A DNA stretch of 38,303 nt. Origin: Dehalococcoidia bacterium UBA3088. GTDB lineage: Bacteria; Chloroflexota; Dehalococcoidia; UBA2247; UBA3088. The notes beneath the pieces were generated by a model. That model was not told the DNA's origin and ran no database searches. It saw nothing but the letters and a program-made list of their open reading frames with translations. Below, in pieces: positions 27,904-37,511 of this stretch (position 1 is the stretch's first letter; each line of letters opens with the position of its first letter). The stretch is taken from positions 160 to 38,462 of the forward strand of contig DFBE01000015.1 in the NCBI GenBank assembly GCA_002367275.1, given 5' to 3'. Made by a program: the position numbers and the translations under genes.

Positions 27904-27963
27904 TTGACATAACTAAAGGGTGCATGTATTATATGTATAGTGGCATACGGAAACTGATTGCCG
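27904..27963 (+). promoter_or_regulatory. Operon B promoter with NrpR-type operator
   Basis: TTGACA (27904-09)-17 nt-TATTAT (27927-32); CGGAA-ACTGAT-TGCCG (27948-63) downstream of the start site. Confidence 0.72.
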
Positions 27964-28000
27964 CTAACATTCGCATCTCAGACAGGAGAATATCATCCAG

Positions 28001-28459
28001 GTGAAGCGAATTTACATTAAGGAAGAGGTTTGTATGGGGTGTCACCTCTGTGAAGTGTATTGCCAGGTGCAGCACTCAAAATCAAAGGACCTAATCAAGG
28101 CATTCAAGAGGGAATCTCCCCGGCCTTTGCCGCGCCTGCGGGTTGAGACAAAAGATTCTATCTCTTTTGCTGTGCAGTGTCGTCATTGCGCTGAACCCCC
28201 TTGTGTATATGCCTGTCTTACCGGAGCTTTGCACAAAGATAAAGACAGTGGAATCGTCACTGTGGATGTGGAGAGGTGTATTGGCTGCTGGACATGCATA
28301 TTAGCTTGTCCATTTGGGGTGATAAAGCGGGATACAAAGCAGGGAAAGATAGTTAAGTGCGACCTGTGCCCAGGGGAAGATGTGCCAGCATGCGTTGTCC
28401 ATTGCCCCAATGAAGCGCTGATATATGCAGATGTCTCAGGCGAAGATATTAATGGATAA
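28001..28459 (+). CDS. 4Fe-4S dicluster electron-transfer protein (CooF/HydN-like)
   Basis: CMGCHLCEVYC, CRHC..PPCVYAC, CIGCWTCILACP, KCDLC...CVVHCP. Confidence 0.9.
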   Translation: MKRIYIKEEVCMGCHLCEVYCQVQHSKSKDLIKAFKRESPRPLPRLRVETKDSISFAVQCRHCAEPPCVYACLTGALHKDKDSGIVTVDVERCIGCWTCILACPFGVIKRDTKQGKIVKCDLCPGEDVPACVVHCPNEALIYADVSGEDING

Positions 28460-28466
28460 GGATAAC

Positions 28467-29099
28467 ATGATTGCCATAGTTGACTACGGGGCAGGAAATT
28501 TGCGTAGCGTCGCTAACGCCATCACCAAGCTGGGTTGCTCGCCAAAGGTGGCCAGCAACCCTCGTGATGTGCTTGACGCTTACGCAGTCATCTTGCCTGG
28601 CGTCGGAGCGGCTCAAGCGGCCATGGATAGCTTAACAGAATCGGGTATGGTCAATGTCGTCTACGAGTTGATTCGCGAGGAGCGACCGCTTTTTGCGGTC
28701 TGTATTGGACTACAAGTTCTATTTTCAGATACCGAGGAGGGAGGCGGGCACAGATGTCTGGGGGTAATCCCGGGAGTGGTAAGGAAATTGCCCTTAGGGC
28801 TCAAGATTCCTCATATGGGTTGGAACCAGGTGAAGCAGAAGTTCTCACATCCTATCTTTGAGGGCATACCGGATGAAGCTAACTTCTATTTTGTTCACAG
28901 CTACTATGCTGATCCAGAAGATACATCGCTGGTCGTCGGTACAACAGACTACGGGGTGCCTATATGCAGCATTCTAACTAAGGGAAACCTGATAGCCACC
29001 CAGTTTCATCCCGAAAAGAGTGGGGAGCATGGGCTCAAAATGTATGCTAACTTTTTGAAGATGGCGCTGGACAGAAGGCAAGCTCAGGTGAGAAAATGA
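28467..29099 (+). CDS. hisH: Imidazole glycerol phosphate synthase glutaminase subunit
   Basis: IAIVDYGAGN, LPGVG, VCIGLQ (Cys), PHMGWN, FYFVHSY, QFHPEKS (His/Glu). Confidence 0.94.
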   Translation: MIAIVDYGAGNLRSVANAITKLGCSPKVASNPRDVLDAYAVILPGVGAAQAAMDSLTESGMVNVVYELIREERPLFAVCIGLQVLFSDTEEGGGHRCLGVIPGVVRKLPLGLKIPHMGWNQVKQKFSHPIFEGIPDEANFYFVHSYYADPEDTSLVVGTTDYGVPICSILTKGNLIATQFHPEKSGEHGLKMYANFLKMALDRRQAQVRK

Positions 29100-30367
29100 G
29101 AGTTAGATACTTGATCATAGGGAACTCGGCGGGTGGCATCGGAGCAGCCCAAGCAATACGCGAAGTAGATAAAGCGGGATCAATCGCTATGATCTCTGAT
29201 GAACCCTATCCTTCCTACTCACGGCCGTTTATATCAAAATATTTGGTCGAGAGGCACTCTTTAGAGAAGATGCTATTTCGCCCCGCTGATTTCTATGACC
29301 AAAACAACATCATCTCTCTCCTGGACAGGAAGGTTGATAGCCTGGGGTGGGAATCTCGTACTGTGGAACTTGATGATGGCCGGAGGATTGGCTGGGAAAG
29401 GCTTTTGCTGGCAGTGGGAGGAGTGCCCATAGTTCCCGCAGTAGAGGGGGTGGATAAAAGAGGCGTCTTCGCTTTCACCACCCTTGACCATGCTAAAGCA
29501 ATAGACAAGTTTTTGGATAATGCTCATAAAGCAGTAGTTATCGGCGGTGGGCTTATCGGAGTAAGCGCCACTGAAGCCCTGGCAAAACGAGGAATTGAGG
29601 TCGTGATCGTCGAAATGAAGGAGAGAATCTTAAATACCATCCTTGACGAGAGAGCATCTCTGATAGTAGAAGAAACTCTGGATAGAGCTGACATCAGGGT
29701 CATTACCGGGCAGACTGTGACCGAGATCGCGGGCGCACCCAAGGTTTCGGAAGTAGTTTTAGGAAGTGGGGAGGGGATTCCTTGTGACCTGGTGGTAGTG
29801 GCTATCGGGGTATCACCGCGCATCGAGCTTACCCTGGGCACTGATATAAAGGTAAATCGGGGCATAGTGGTGGATCGCCACATGGCCACCAGTCACCCCG
29901 ATATCTATTCCTGTGGAGATGTGGCCGAGGCTTACGATTTTGTCTACGACACCAATCGTCTCACTCCCATCTGGCCCAATGCTTATGTTGGTGGTAGGGT
30001 CGCTGGTCTTAACATGGCCGGTGTCGAGACTGAATACCCTGGAGGCACCAGCATGAACTCCCTCAGCTACTTTGGGCTGGATATTGCTGCCGCGGGCATA
30101 GTGGCTCCACCGGACGAGGAAGGTTACGAAGCGCTCACTAAGCAAACAAACGAGAGCTACCGGAAGGTAATATTGAAGGATGACCGACTGGTGGGGATGG
30201 TTTTTGTGAGAGACATCGAAAAATCAGGCATTGTGTTTGGTTTAATGAAGGACCGGGTAAATGTAGGTAGCTTTAAGCAGGCAATTCTGGATGACGATTT
30301 TGGCCTGGCCTTTCTCCCTGAAGAGATATGGCGACCACGTCTAGAAGCTTCACTCGGCAGGGGATAA
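29096..30367 (+). CDS. FAD/NAD(P)H oxidoreductase (NirB-N-terminus/rubredoxin-reductase-like)
   Basis: IIGNSAGG, YSRP, GGGLIG, IYSCGDVAE, GRVAGLNMAG. Confidence 0.88.
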   Translation: MRVRYLIIGNSAGGIGAAQAIREVDKAGSIAMISDEPYPSYSRPFISKYLVERHSLEKMLFRPADFYDQNNIISLLDRKVDSLGWESRTVELDDGRRIGWERLLLAVGGVPIVPAVEGVDKRGVFAFTTLDHAKAIDKFLDNAHKAVVIGGGLIGVSATEALAKRGIEVVIVEMKERILNTILDERASLIVEETLDRADIRVITGQTVTEIAGAPKVSEVVLGSGEGIPCDLVVVAIGVSPRIELTLGTDIKVNRGIVVDRHMATSHPDIYSCGDVAEAYDFVYDTNRLTPIWPNAYVGGRVAGLNMAGVETEYPGGTSMNSLSYFGLDIAAAGIVAPPDEEGYEALTKQTNESYRKVILKDDRLVGMVFVRDIEKSGIVFGLMKDRVNVGSFKQAILDDDFGLAFLPEEIWRPRLEASLGRG

Positions 30368-30371
30368 TATT

Positions 30372-31484
30372 ATGTATAACATCAACCAGGTGAATAACCC
30401 TCACCACGACGATAAGCTGATCGAGGCCTGCTCCCTGTTTGGAATGATGGATACCACAGGTAGAAGGTTTTCGGGAAGAGATATAGTGAGGGCTATTGCC
30501 AACATGCATGTTCGGGGTAATGGGTTGGGGGGTGGGTTTGCCGTATACGGGCTATATCCGGAGTATGATGATGCTTACGCCTTCCATGTAATGTACTTAA
30601 GTCAAGAAGGAAGAGTTAACACGGAGGCTTTCCTTAAACAAAAATTTTACCTACTTCATGCCGAAGATGTGCCCACCCAGCCAATACCAGCTATCGTAAA
30701 CCCACCCTCGGTATGGCGGTACTTTCTGGAAGCGGACTCACAGAAATGTGATGGACAATCACCAGATGACTATGTGGTAGACAGAGTCATGGAGATCAAT
30801 GCCAGTATTAAGGATGCCTTTGTCTTCTCCAGTGGTAAGAACATGGCCGTGTTCAAGGGAGTAGGTTACCCTGAGGACATAGCTTCCTATTTTTGCCTCA
30901 CGCAGTATGAGGGTTACCTCTGGGTAGCCCATGGTAGGTTCCCCACCAACACTCCAGGGTGGTGGGGGGGAGCACACCCTTTCAACATTCTGGACTGGAC
31001 GGTAGTTCATAACGGTGAAATCTCCTCTTACGGCATAAACCAGCGTCGCCTGGAGGAATTCGGCTACCCCTGTACTATGCACACCGATACCGAGGTAATA
31101 GCCTATGCTGTAGACCTTTTGATGCGAAAACACCACCTTCCGGTGGAGATAATGGCTAAGGTACTGGCGCCTCCTTTCTGGAGCAATATAGAACGCCGCC
31201 CTCCGGATGAACAGAATTTGCTTCGGACGTTGCGCCAGGTATATGGAAGTCTTATGTTGAATGGCCCCTTCACCACCGTTATTGCTCACCATGGTGAAAT
31301 GATTGGCTTTACCGACCGAATAAGGCTGCGCCCTCTCACGGTAGGAGTAAAGGGATCAATGCTCTACCTTTCCTCCGAGGAAGCGGCCATCCGCCTGATC
31401 TGCCCCGACCTGGATCGGGCCTGGATTCCTATGGGTGGTGAGCCCATAGTGGGGAGACTGGGGAGGTCTAACATCCAGTGTTGA
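30372..31484 (+). CDS. Glutamate synthase amidotransferase domain (GltB1, class II GATase)
   Basis: Propeptide then EA|CSLFG nucleophile, [31 protein letters not shown]. Confidence 0.9.
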   Translation: MYNINQVNNPHHDDKLIEACSLFGMMDTTGRRFSGRDIVRAIANMHVRGNGLGGGFAVYGLYPEYDDAYAFHVMYLSQEGRVNTEAFLKQKFYLLHAEDVPTQPIPAIVNPPSVWRYFLEADSQKCDGQSPDDYVVDRVMEINASIKDAFVFSSGKNMAVFKGVGYPEDIASYFCLTQYEGYLWVAHGRFPTNTPGWWGGAHPFNILDWTVVHNGEISSYGINQRRLEEFGYPCTMHTDTEVIAYAVDLLMRKHHLPVEIMAKVLAPPFWSNIERRPPDEQNLLRTLRQVYGSLMLNGPFTTVIAHHGEMIGFTDRIRLRPLTVGVKGSMLYLSSEEAAIRLICPDLDRAWIPMGGEPIVGRLGRSNIQC

Positions 31485-32239
31485 CTAAACGGATTATCCC
31501 CTGTCTTGATGTAACCAACGGGCGGGTGGTCAAAGGCATAAGTTTTACCGACCTCCGCGATGCCGGCGACCCTGTGGAGCAAGCTGCCTTCTACTATGAG
31601 CAAGAAGCAGATGAGCTGGTCTTTCTGGATATTGGCGCCACTCCCGAAGGCCGGAAGACCATGGCCGACGTGGTGGAGCGCGTATCAGAGCAGGTTTTTA
31701 TTCCCCTTACTGTGGGGGGCGGAATTCATAGCGTCCAGGACATGCGCTGCATACTCACGGCAGGAGCAGATAAAGTGGCCATAAACACTGCCGCAGTATC
31801 GAATCCTGAGCTTATAGCTGAAGGCTCCGAGAGGTTTGGTACTCAATGCATGGTGGTAGCCATTGATGCCCGGCGGGTAAACAGTGAGCCCAGGTGGGAG
31901 ATCTTAACCCACAGTGGGCAGAAGCCAACGGGTATCGATGCTCTTACTTGGGCCAGGAAGACCGTGGATCTGGGGGCGGGAGAGCTGCTTCTTACCAGCT
32001 GGGATAGTGATGGTCACCGGGCCGGATACGATCTGGAGCTAACCCGGGCGGTGAGCAAAGCAGTGACTGTGCCTGTGATTGCTAGTGGTGGCGCGGGTAA
32101 TCTGGAGCATCTATATGAGGCGCTGGTCCTCGGCAAGGCTGATGCCGTACTGGCCGCCAGCATCTTTCACTATCGGGTTTACTCCATTGGGGAGGCCAAA
32201 GATTATCTGGCTGAGAGGGGGATTCCTGTCCGAAGATAG
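31478..32239 (+). CDS. hisF: Imidazole glycerol phosphate synthase cyclase subunit (paralogue 2, canonical interface)
   Basis: [39 protein letters not shown]. Confidence 0.93.
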   Translation: MLTKRIIPCLDVTNGRVVKGISFTDLRDAGDPVEQAAFYYEQEADELVFLDIGATPEGRKTMADVVERVSEQVFIPLTVGGGIHSVQDMRCILTAGADKVAINTAAVSNPELIAEGSERFGTQCMVVAIDARRVNSEPRWEILTHSGQKPTGIDALTWARKTVDLGAGELLLTSWDSDGHRAGYDLELTRAVSKAVTVPVIASGGAGNLEHLYEALVLGKADAVLAASIFHYRVYSIGEAKDYLAERGIPVRR

Positions 32240-33745
32240 ATGAAAACATATCTAGCGCCAAAGTTTATGGTTGATCGGGATCCTGAACGGTGTATTGAGT
32301 GTCAGGTGTGTGTCAATCAGTGCAGCTTTGATGTCCATTATTATGATGCCGAGGATGATGAGGTAAGAAGCCATGAAGAAAACTGCGTGGGCTGCCATCG
32401 TTGCGCCGTCTTCTGCCCCACCCAGGCGTTGACTATTAGAAGGAATCCCCTGGATTACCGGGAGAACTATAACTGGCGTCCGGAGGCTATTGAAGACGTC
32501 ATCAAACAGGCCGAGACCGGTGGTGTACTTCTCACCGGAATGGGTAATGATAAGGGTTACCGTATCTACTGGGATCATCTGGTGTTAAATGCCAGCCAGG
32601 TGACTAACCCATCCATCGACCCGCTGCGGGAGCCTATGGAACTTACCACCTGGCTTGGCCGTAAACCAGACAGAGTGGAGCTGGCCCCCGATTCCATTGA
32701 TCTAAAAACAGAGCTTTCCCCTCAGGTTAAACTGGAAATCCCGGTCATGTTTTCCGCCATGTCCTATGGTGCAGTAAGCCTTAATGTACACGAATCTTTA
32801 GCCAGAGCAGCCACTGAGGCAGGAACATTGTGGAACACTGGGGAAGGGGGGCTTCACCCCAGGCTTTACCAATACGGAGCCAACACCATAGTTCAGGTGG
32901 CATCGGGGCGATTTGGCGTTCATCCTGAATATCTTAATATAGCCAGGGCGGTGGAAATTAAAATTGGCCAGGGAGCCAAGCCAGGTATTGGAGGGCATCT
33001 TCCTGGCGAAAAAGTGAGCCGGGAGGTTTCCCTGACCCGCATGATTCCCCAGGGGACAGATGCTCTATCTCCAGCCCCCCACCATGATATTTATTCCATC
33101 GAGGACCTGGCCCAGCTTATTTATGCTTTGAAGGAGGCGACGAATTACCAAAAGCCGATATTGGTCAAGATCGCTGCCGTCCACAATTCGGCAGCCATTG
33201 CCAGCGGTATGGTGCGGGCGGGTGCGGACATTATCGTCCTGGACGGGCTCAGGGGGAGCACTGGGGCTGCTCCCAAGATTATCCGGGATAACGTGGGTAT
33301 CCCCATCGAGCTAGCTCTGGCATCCGTGGATAGCCGCTTGAGGCAGGAGGGCATACGCAATCAGGCCTCTGTAGTAATCGCAGGCGGTATAAGAACTAGC
33401 GGTGATGTAACTAAGGCTATCGCCCTGGGTGCTGATGCGGTGTATATTGCAACTTCTGCCCTGATTGCCCTGGGGTGCCATGTCTGTCAGCAATGCCATA
33501 CTGGAAAGTGTGCCTGGGGCATCTGCACCACCGACCCTGCCTTAACCAAGAGGGTCAACCCGGAAATTGGTGCCCGGCGGCTGACCAACCTTCTTCATAG
33601 CTGGAGTCTGGAGATTAAAGATATGCTGGGCGGCATGGGAATTAACGCCGTAGAGAGCCTGCGGGGCAACCGCCTGCACTTGAGGGCTGTCGGCCTTACC
33701 GACACCGAGCTTGAAATCCTGGGAGTAAAGATGGCAGGAAGCTAG
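32240..33745 (+). CDS. Archaeal-type glutamate synthase FMN subunit with N-terminal 2[4Fe-4S] (GltB2)
   Basis: Two CxxCxxCxxxC, AMSYG, NTGEGG, QVASGRFG, EIKIGQGAKPGIGGHLP, SPAPHHDIYSIEDL, CHVCQQCHTGKC (3Fe-4S). Confidence 0.94.
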   Translation: MKTYLAPKFMVDRDPERCIECQVCVNQCSFDVHYYDAEDDEVRSHEENCVGCHRCAVFCPTQALTIRRNPLDYRENYNWRPEAIEDVIKQAETGGVLLTGMGNDKGYRIYWDHLVLNASQVTNPSIDPLREPMELTTWLGRKPDRVELAPDSIDLKTELSPQVKLEIPVMFSAMSYGAVSLNVHESLARAATEAGTLWNTGEGGLHPRLYQYGANTIVQVASGRFGVHPEYLNIARAVEIKIGQGAKPGIGGHLPGEKVSREVSLTRMIPQGTDALSPAPHHDIYSIEDLAQLIYALKEATNYQKPILVKIAAVHNSAAIASGMVRAGADIIVLDGLRGSTGAAPKIIRDNVGIPIELALASVDSRLRQEGIRNQASVVIAGGIRTSGDVTKAIALGADAVYIATSALIALGCHVCQQCHTGKCAWGICTTDPALTKRVNPEIGARRLTNLLHSWSLEIKDMLGGMGINAVESLRGNRLHLRAVGLTDTELEILGVKMAGS

Positions 33746-33746
33746 A

Positions 33747-34514
33747 ATGGTCACGAACAAAAAAGGGATCGACCAGACAATGAAGATAGACGCCAGCGAC
33801 ATTTCATATAAAGAGCTTAATGCCAGGATTAAGGATGCGGCTTCAAATGGCGTGCAGAGGATTGAGCTTCGAAACGTCTATGGTCAAAGATATATTGGCA
33901 CCGGCCTGGATAGACCACTGGAGGTGGAGATATTCGGCACCCCGGGCAACGACCTGGGGGCATTCATGAATGGGTCCAGGATCATTGTTTATGGCAATGC
34001 CCAGGATGGATGTGGAAACACCATGAATAGTGGTGAGATAATTGTTCATGGCCATGCTGGAGACATCGTGGGCCTTTCCGCCCGAGGGGGGGAAATCTTC
34101 ATCAAGGAAGACGTAGGCTACCGAGCAGGGATTCACATGAAGGAGTATGAGAATAAGAAACCAGTACTGGTTATAGGGGGCACCGCCCAGGATTTCCTGG
34201 GTGAATATATGGCCGGAGGAATTTTGATCCTTCTGGGTCTTAACCTGAAGGAAGGAGAGCCCCAGCAGACTAATTTTATCGGCACTGGGATGCATGGGGG
34301 TGTTATCTATTTAGGGAATGTTGTCGATGGTTTCCAACTGGGTAAAGAGGTGGGTGTGGGTGAGCTACAGGAGAGTGACTACCAGGTTCTTCAGAAGTTT
34401 GTGGAGAAGTTTGCCGTTTACTTTGACTATGACGCCAGGGAGATATTGAGGCACAGGTTCATAAAGCTCTTTCCTCTTAATTTAAGACCTTATGGCAGGC
34501 TTTACGCTTACTGA
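33747..34514 (+). CDS. Glutamate synthase GXGXG beta-helix domain (GltB3)
   Basis: GQRYIG, GNDLGAFMNG, GYRAGIHMK, DFLGEYMAGG, GTGMHGG; start may be 33780. Confidence 0.92.
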   Translation: MVTNKKGIDQTMKIDASDISYKELNARIKDAASNGVQRIELRNVYGQRYIGTGLDRPLEVEIFGTPGNDLGAFMNGSRIIVYGNAQDGCGNTMNSGEIIVHGHAGDIVGLSARGGEIFIKEDVGYRAGIHMKEYENKKPVLVIGGTAQDFLGEYMAGGILILLGLNLKEGEPQQTNFIGTGMHGGVIYLGNVVDGFQLGKEVGVGELQESDYQVLQKFVEKFAVYFDYDAREILRHRFIKLFPLNLRPYGRLYAY

Positions 34515-34541
34515 GCAACAGTTAGATCAAAAAGAAGAAGT

Positions 34542-36239
34542 ATGTGCGGTATTGCCGGTATATTGAGCAGGGATGACAAAGATGTAGTTCCATTATTGCG
34601 AGATATGCTTGAAGCCATTAAACATCGCGGTCCAGACGGAGCAGGAATAGTGGCATCGGGCAAAGTTAGCCGGGGTAGAACGATAGGTGAGCTGGACTGG
34701 AATTCCCTGTCCGGAAGCCTGGCTATGGGGCATACCCGACTGGCAGTGGTGGGTGGAGCTCAAGGACAGCAACCCCTGGTCAGTGATGATGGGCAAATTT
34801 TCCTCCTGCACAATGGTGAGATTTATAACTATAAGACCCTGCGAAACCATCTTAAAAAGCATTACCACTTCGCCACTCAAACGGATAGTGAGGTTCTGGT
34901 CCATTTACTTTCCGAGCATTACACCGGGGATTTATGGGAAACCGTGAGGAGAATAATTCCAGAGCTGGATGGAGTCTATGCCATAGCAGCCACTGACGGA
35001 AAAGACATGGTCATTGCCCGGGACTTGATTGGCGTTAAGCAGCTTTATTGGACAGAGAATGAAAAGCTTGCTGCCTTCGCCTCAGAGAAAAAAGCGCTGT
35101 GGGCTCTGGACATAAGAGGGAATATTCATCGCTTACTTCCTGGTGAAGTTATGCATCTATCTTCCACCGGCTTTGAGACAACCCGTCGGACACTGGATTT
35201 TCTACGCCCTGAAGAGCCTACTCTCCATGAATTTGCTGAAGCCCTCGAAGCTTATAAGATAGCTCTAGGAGAGGCAGTGCAAAAGCGTATCCCTGAATTG
35301 GAACAGGTAGGGATATTTTTCTCCGGGGGGGTGGATAGCGTATTGATAGCCGCCATAGCCCGGCAGTTGGGGGCCAACATAACTTGCTACACTGCCGGCG
35401 TAAAAGATAGCCATGACATCATCTTTGCCAGAGAAGCGGCTTACCAGATTGGTATTCCTATAAGAGTCAATGAGCTGGATGACCAAGCACTGCTAAACTC
35501 TATCGTTAAAGCTATTTCATACATGGAGGACCGTAGCCTGGGACAGGTAGAGGTCGCCATCCCCATCATAGCCTCAACGGAGCTAGCGCATCAGGACGGC
35601 CAGATTGTCCTTTTGACGGGTCAGGGGGCTGACGAGCTGTTCGGCGGCTATTCCTGGTATCGGTGCATCATCGAACAAGAAGGATATGATGAGTTCGAAT
35701 TCCGCATGTGGGATGACTTAAATCAGCTCTACAAAGAGACCTTAGAACGAGAGGACAAAATAACCATGGCTTATGGTATTGAACTCCGCGTGCCTTTTTT
35801 AGACCCTCAGCTGATCAAGGTAGCCCTGGCCATTGACCCCCACCTCAAAATACGCTCTCCTGAAGATATTCTAGGTAAGTACATACACCGTGCTCTGGCA
35901 TCGAGTATGGGTGTTCCTCCCGAAATAGCCTGGCGGCCTAAAGAAGCTGTCCAGCACGGGGCGGGGATCCACTATAGACTTGTGGCCTTGGCCGAGAAGC
36001 AGGGATTTGAGAGGTCAGTAGCAGAACAAGTAGGATATCACATGGAGAAAGAGTTGGAGGAGAATCTGGGTAGCTCCCAACGGTACGGATTCAAATACGA
36101 CACTGAAGGTCGCTGGGCAACGCAGGATCACGTCCAACTATGGCTGGATAACCTGGCCTATAAACATAACCTGCTAAATCCAGAGGAAGAGAAAAAGATT
36201 GGACCATACCTTCGGGAGGCGGCGGTGCTGATCCACTGA
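34542..36239 (+). CDS. asnB: Glutamine-hydrolysing asparagine synthetase-family amidotransferase
   Basis: MCGIAG, HRGPD, HNGEIYN, TDSEV, SGGVDS, GQGADELFGGY, ELRVPFLD. Confidence 0.88.
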   Translation: MCGIAGILSRDDKDVVPLLRDMLEAIKHRGPDGAGIVASGKVSRGRTIGELDWNSLSGSLAMGHTRLAVVGGAQGQQPLVSDDGQIFLLHNGEIYNYKTLRNHLKKHYHFATQTDSEVLVHLLSEHYTGDLWETVRRIIPELDGVYAIAATDGKDMVIARDLIGVKQLYWTENEKLAAFASEKKALWALDIRGNIHRLLPGEVMHLSSTGFETTRRTLDFLRPEEPTLHEFAEALEAYKIALGEAVQKRIPELEQVGIFFSGGVDSVLIAAIARQLGANITCYTAGVKDSHDIIFAREAAYQIGIPIRVNELDDQALLNSIVKAISYMEDRSLGQVEVAIPIIASTELAHQDGQIVLLTGQGADELFGGYSWYRCIIEQEGYDEFEFRMWDDLNQLYKETLEREDKITMAYGIELRVPFLDPQLIKVALAIDPHLKIRSPEDILGKYIHRALASSMGVPPEIAWRPKEAVQHGAGIHYRLVALAEKQGFERSVAEQVGYHMEKELEENLGSSQRYGFKYDTEGRWATQDHVQLWLDNLAYKHNLLNPEEEKKIGPYLREAAVLIH

Positions 36240-36265
36240 GGGACAAACTAGAGAGCATTTGAGCT

Positions 36266-36817
36266 ATGGATAAACCAATGAGTGATGTTCATTTCAAATT
36301 TATGTCCTTCGGTTTCAGACTCCGTGATTTTTTCCTGTCTCCTAAGAGCATCCTGAAAGAAGCAGGGATAAAACCAGGTTTTCATGTACTTGATTATGGG
36401 TGTGGACCGGGGAGTTATTCAATCGTCTCTGCTGGGTTAGTAGGAACGACAGGGAAAGTTTATGCACTGGACATTCACCCTCTGGCTATTCAACGAGTCC
36501 AAAATATTGCTTCAAAAAAACGGTTAGCAAATATAGAGGCCATTTGTTCTGATTGCGCCACTGGATTGCCCGACAATAGCGTAGATGTGGTTCTATTGTA
36601 CGATACCTTTCATGAGTTAAGCGATCCTGATGGAGTATTGAAAGAACTGGCTCGGGTATTGAAACCAGAGAGCACTTTATCCTTCAGCGACCACCATATG
36701 AAGAAAAGGGAAGTAATATCTAAAGTAACCCATCAGGGGTTGTTTAGACTGTCCAGAAAAGGTAAAAGAACGTATAGTTTCTTAAAACTGGACGAGGAGA
36801 GAGCTGGCTCTGTTTAA
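36266..36817 (+). CDS. Class I SAM-dependent methyltransferase
   Basis: VLDYGCGPG, VYALDI, VDVVLL, RVLKP. Confidence 0.88.
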   Translation: MDKPMSDVHFKFMSFGFRLRDFFLSPKSILKEAGIKPGFHVLDYGCGPGSYSIVSAGLVGTTGKVYALDIHPLAIQRVQNIASKKRLANIEAICSDCATGLPDNSVDVVLLYDTFHELSDPDGVLKELARVLKPESTLSFSDHHMKKREVISKVTHQGLFRLSRKGKRTYSFLKLDEERAGSV

Positions 36818-37511
36818 CTTACTCATAATAAGCACTAAGACTACCCCGGAGATAAAGAAGCTGAATTTGGGGTTGGCCCAGAAGGGCTTTACTTCCTCAA
36901 TTGCCCAAAATAGTGAGGATGTGATCGAGCAAATCGCAAAACAGACCTTAGACCTGGTGTTTATAGACATGAATAGCCTTCCCGTTGGTTCTGAGATATG
37001 GGATTTGTCTCAAAGAGTTAAACAAAGGAAAAGGCTAGCGGTTATAGCTCTTATCTTCCCCCAAGCACTGGATGGTCTAGATCCCGATCTGGACATAGAC
37101 GATTTTGTAGTCCAGCCCTGGGAGCTGGATGAAGTAGTGGCCAGAGTAAAGCGAGTTCTACGGCCAGCCAGCGACGCCAGCCAGGGAAAGGTAATTGAGT
37201 GCGGCGACCTCCGGATAGACCCGGCCAGGTGCGAAGTATCTCTCAGCGGGAACTTAGTGGAGTTGACCTTCAGAGAGTATGAATTGCTTAAATTCCTGGC
37301 CAGCAACACAGGAATAGTATTTACCCGAGATGCTTTACTGGATAAGGTCTGGGGCTACGATTACTACGGTGGTGACAGGGCAGTAGATGTATATGTAAGG
37401 AGAGTTAGAAGTAAGGTGGAAGATGCTACTCACAGCTTTATTGAGACAGTAAGAGGCGTAGGCTACAAGTTCAAAAGGGAACTATCATCTACCTCGCAAT
37501 CTGCTGGATAG
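36810..37511 (+). CDS. Orphan OmpR-family response regulator, GlnR-like
   Basis: wHTH LTFREYELLKFL...VWGYDYYGGDRAVDVYVRR; atypical receiver. The frame extends upstream of TTG 36867 to CTG 36810, so the start is uncertain. Confidence 0.85.
   Translation: MFNLLIISTKTTPEIKKLNLGLAQKGFTSSIAQNSEDVIEQIAKQTLDLVFIDMNSLPVGSEIWDLSQRVKQRKRLAVIALIFPQALDGLDPDLDIDDFVVQPWELDEVVARVKRVLRPASDASQGKVIECGDLRIDPARCEVSLSGNLVELTFREYELLKFLASNTGIVFTRDALLDKVWGYDYYGGDRAVDVYVRRVRSKVEDATHSFIETVRGVGYKFKRELSSTSQSAG

Noticed and set aside
30372-34514. N-methylglutamate synthase (MgsABC)
   Set aside because: It has a similar split architecture, but no gmaS or mgd genes are in the window, and the ferredoxin-fused GltB2 plus NrpR context fits archaeal-type glutamate synthase better. 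Not formally excluded.
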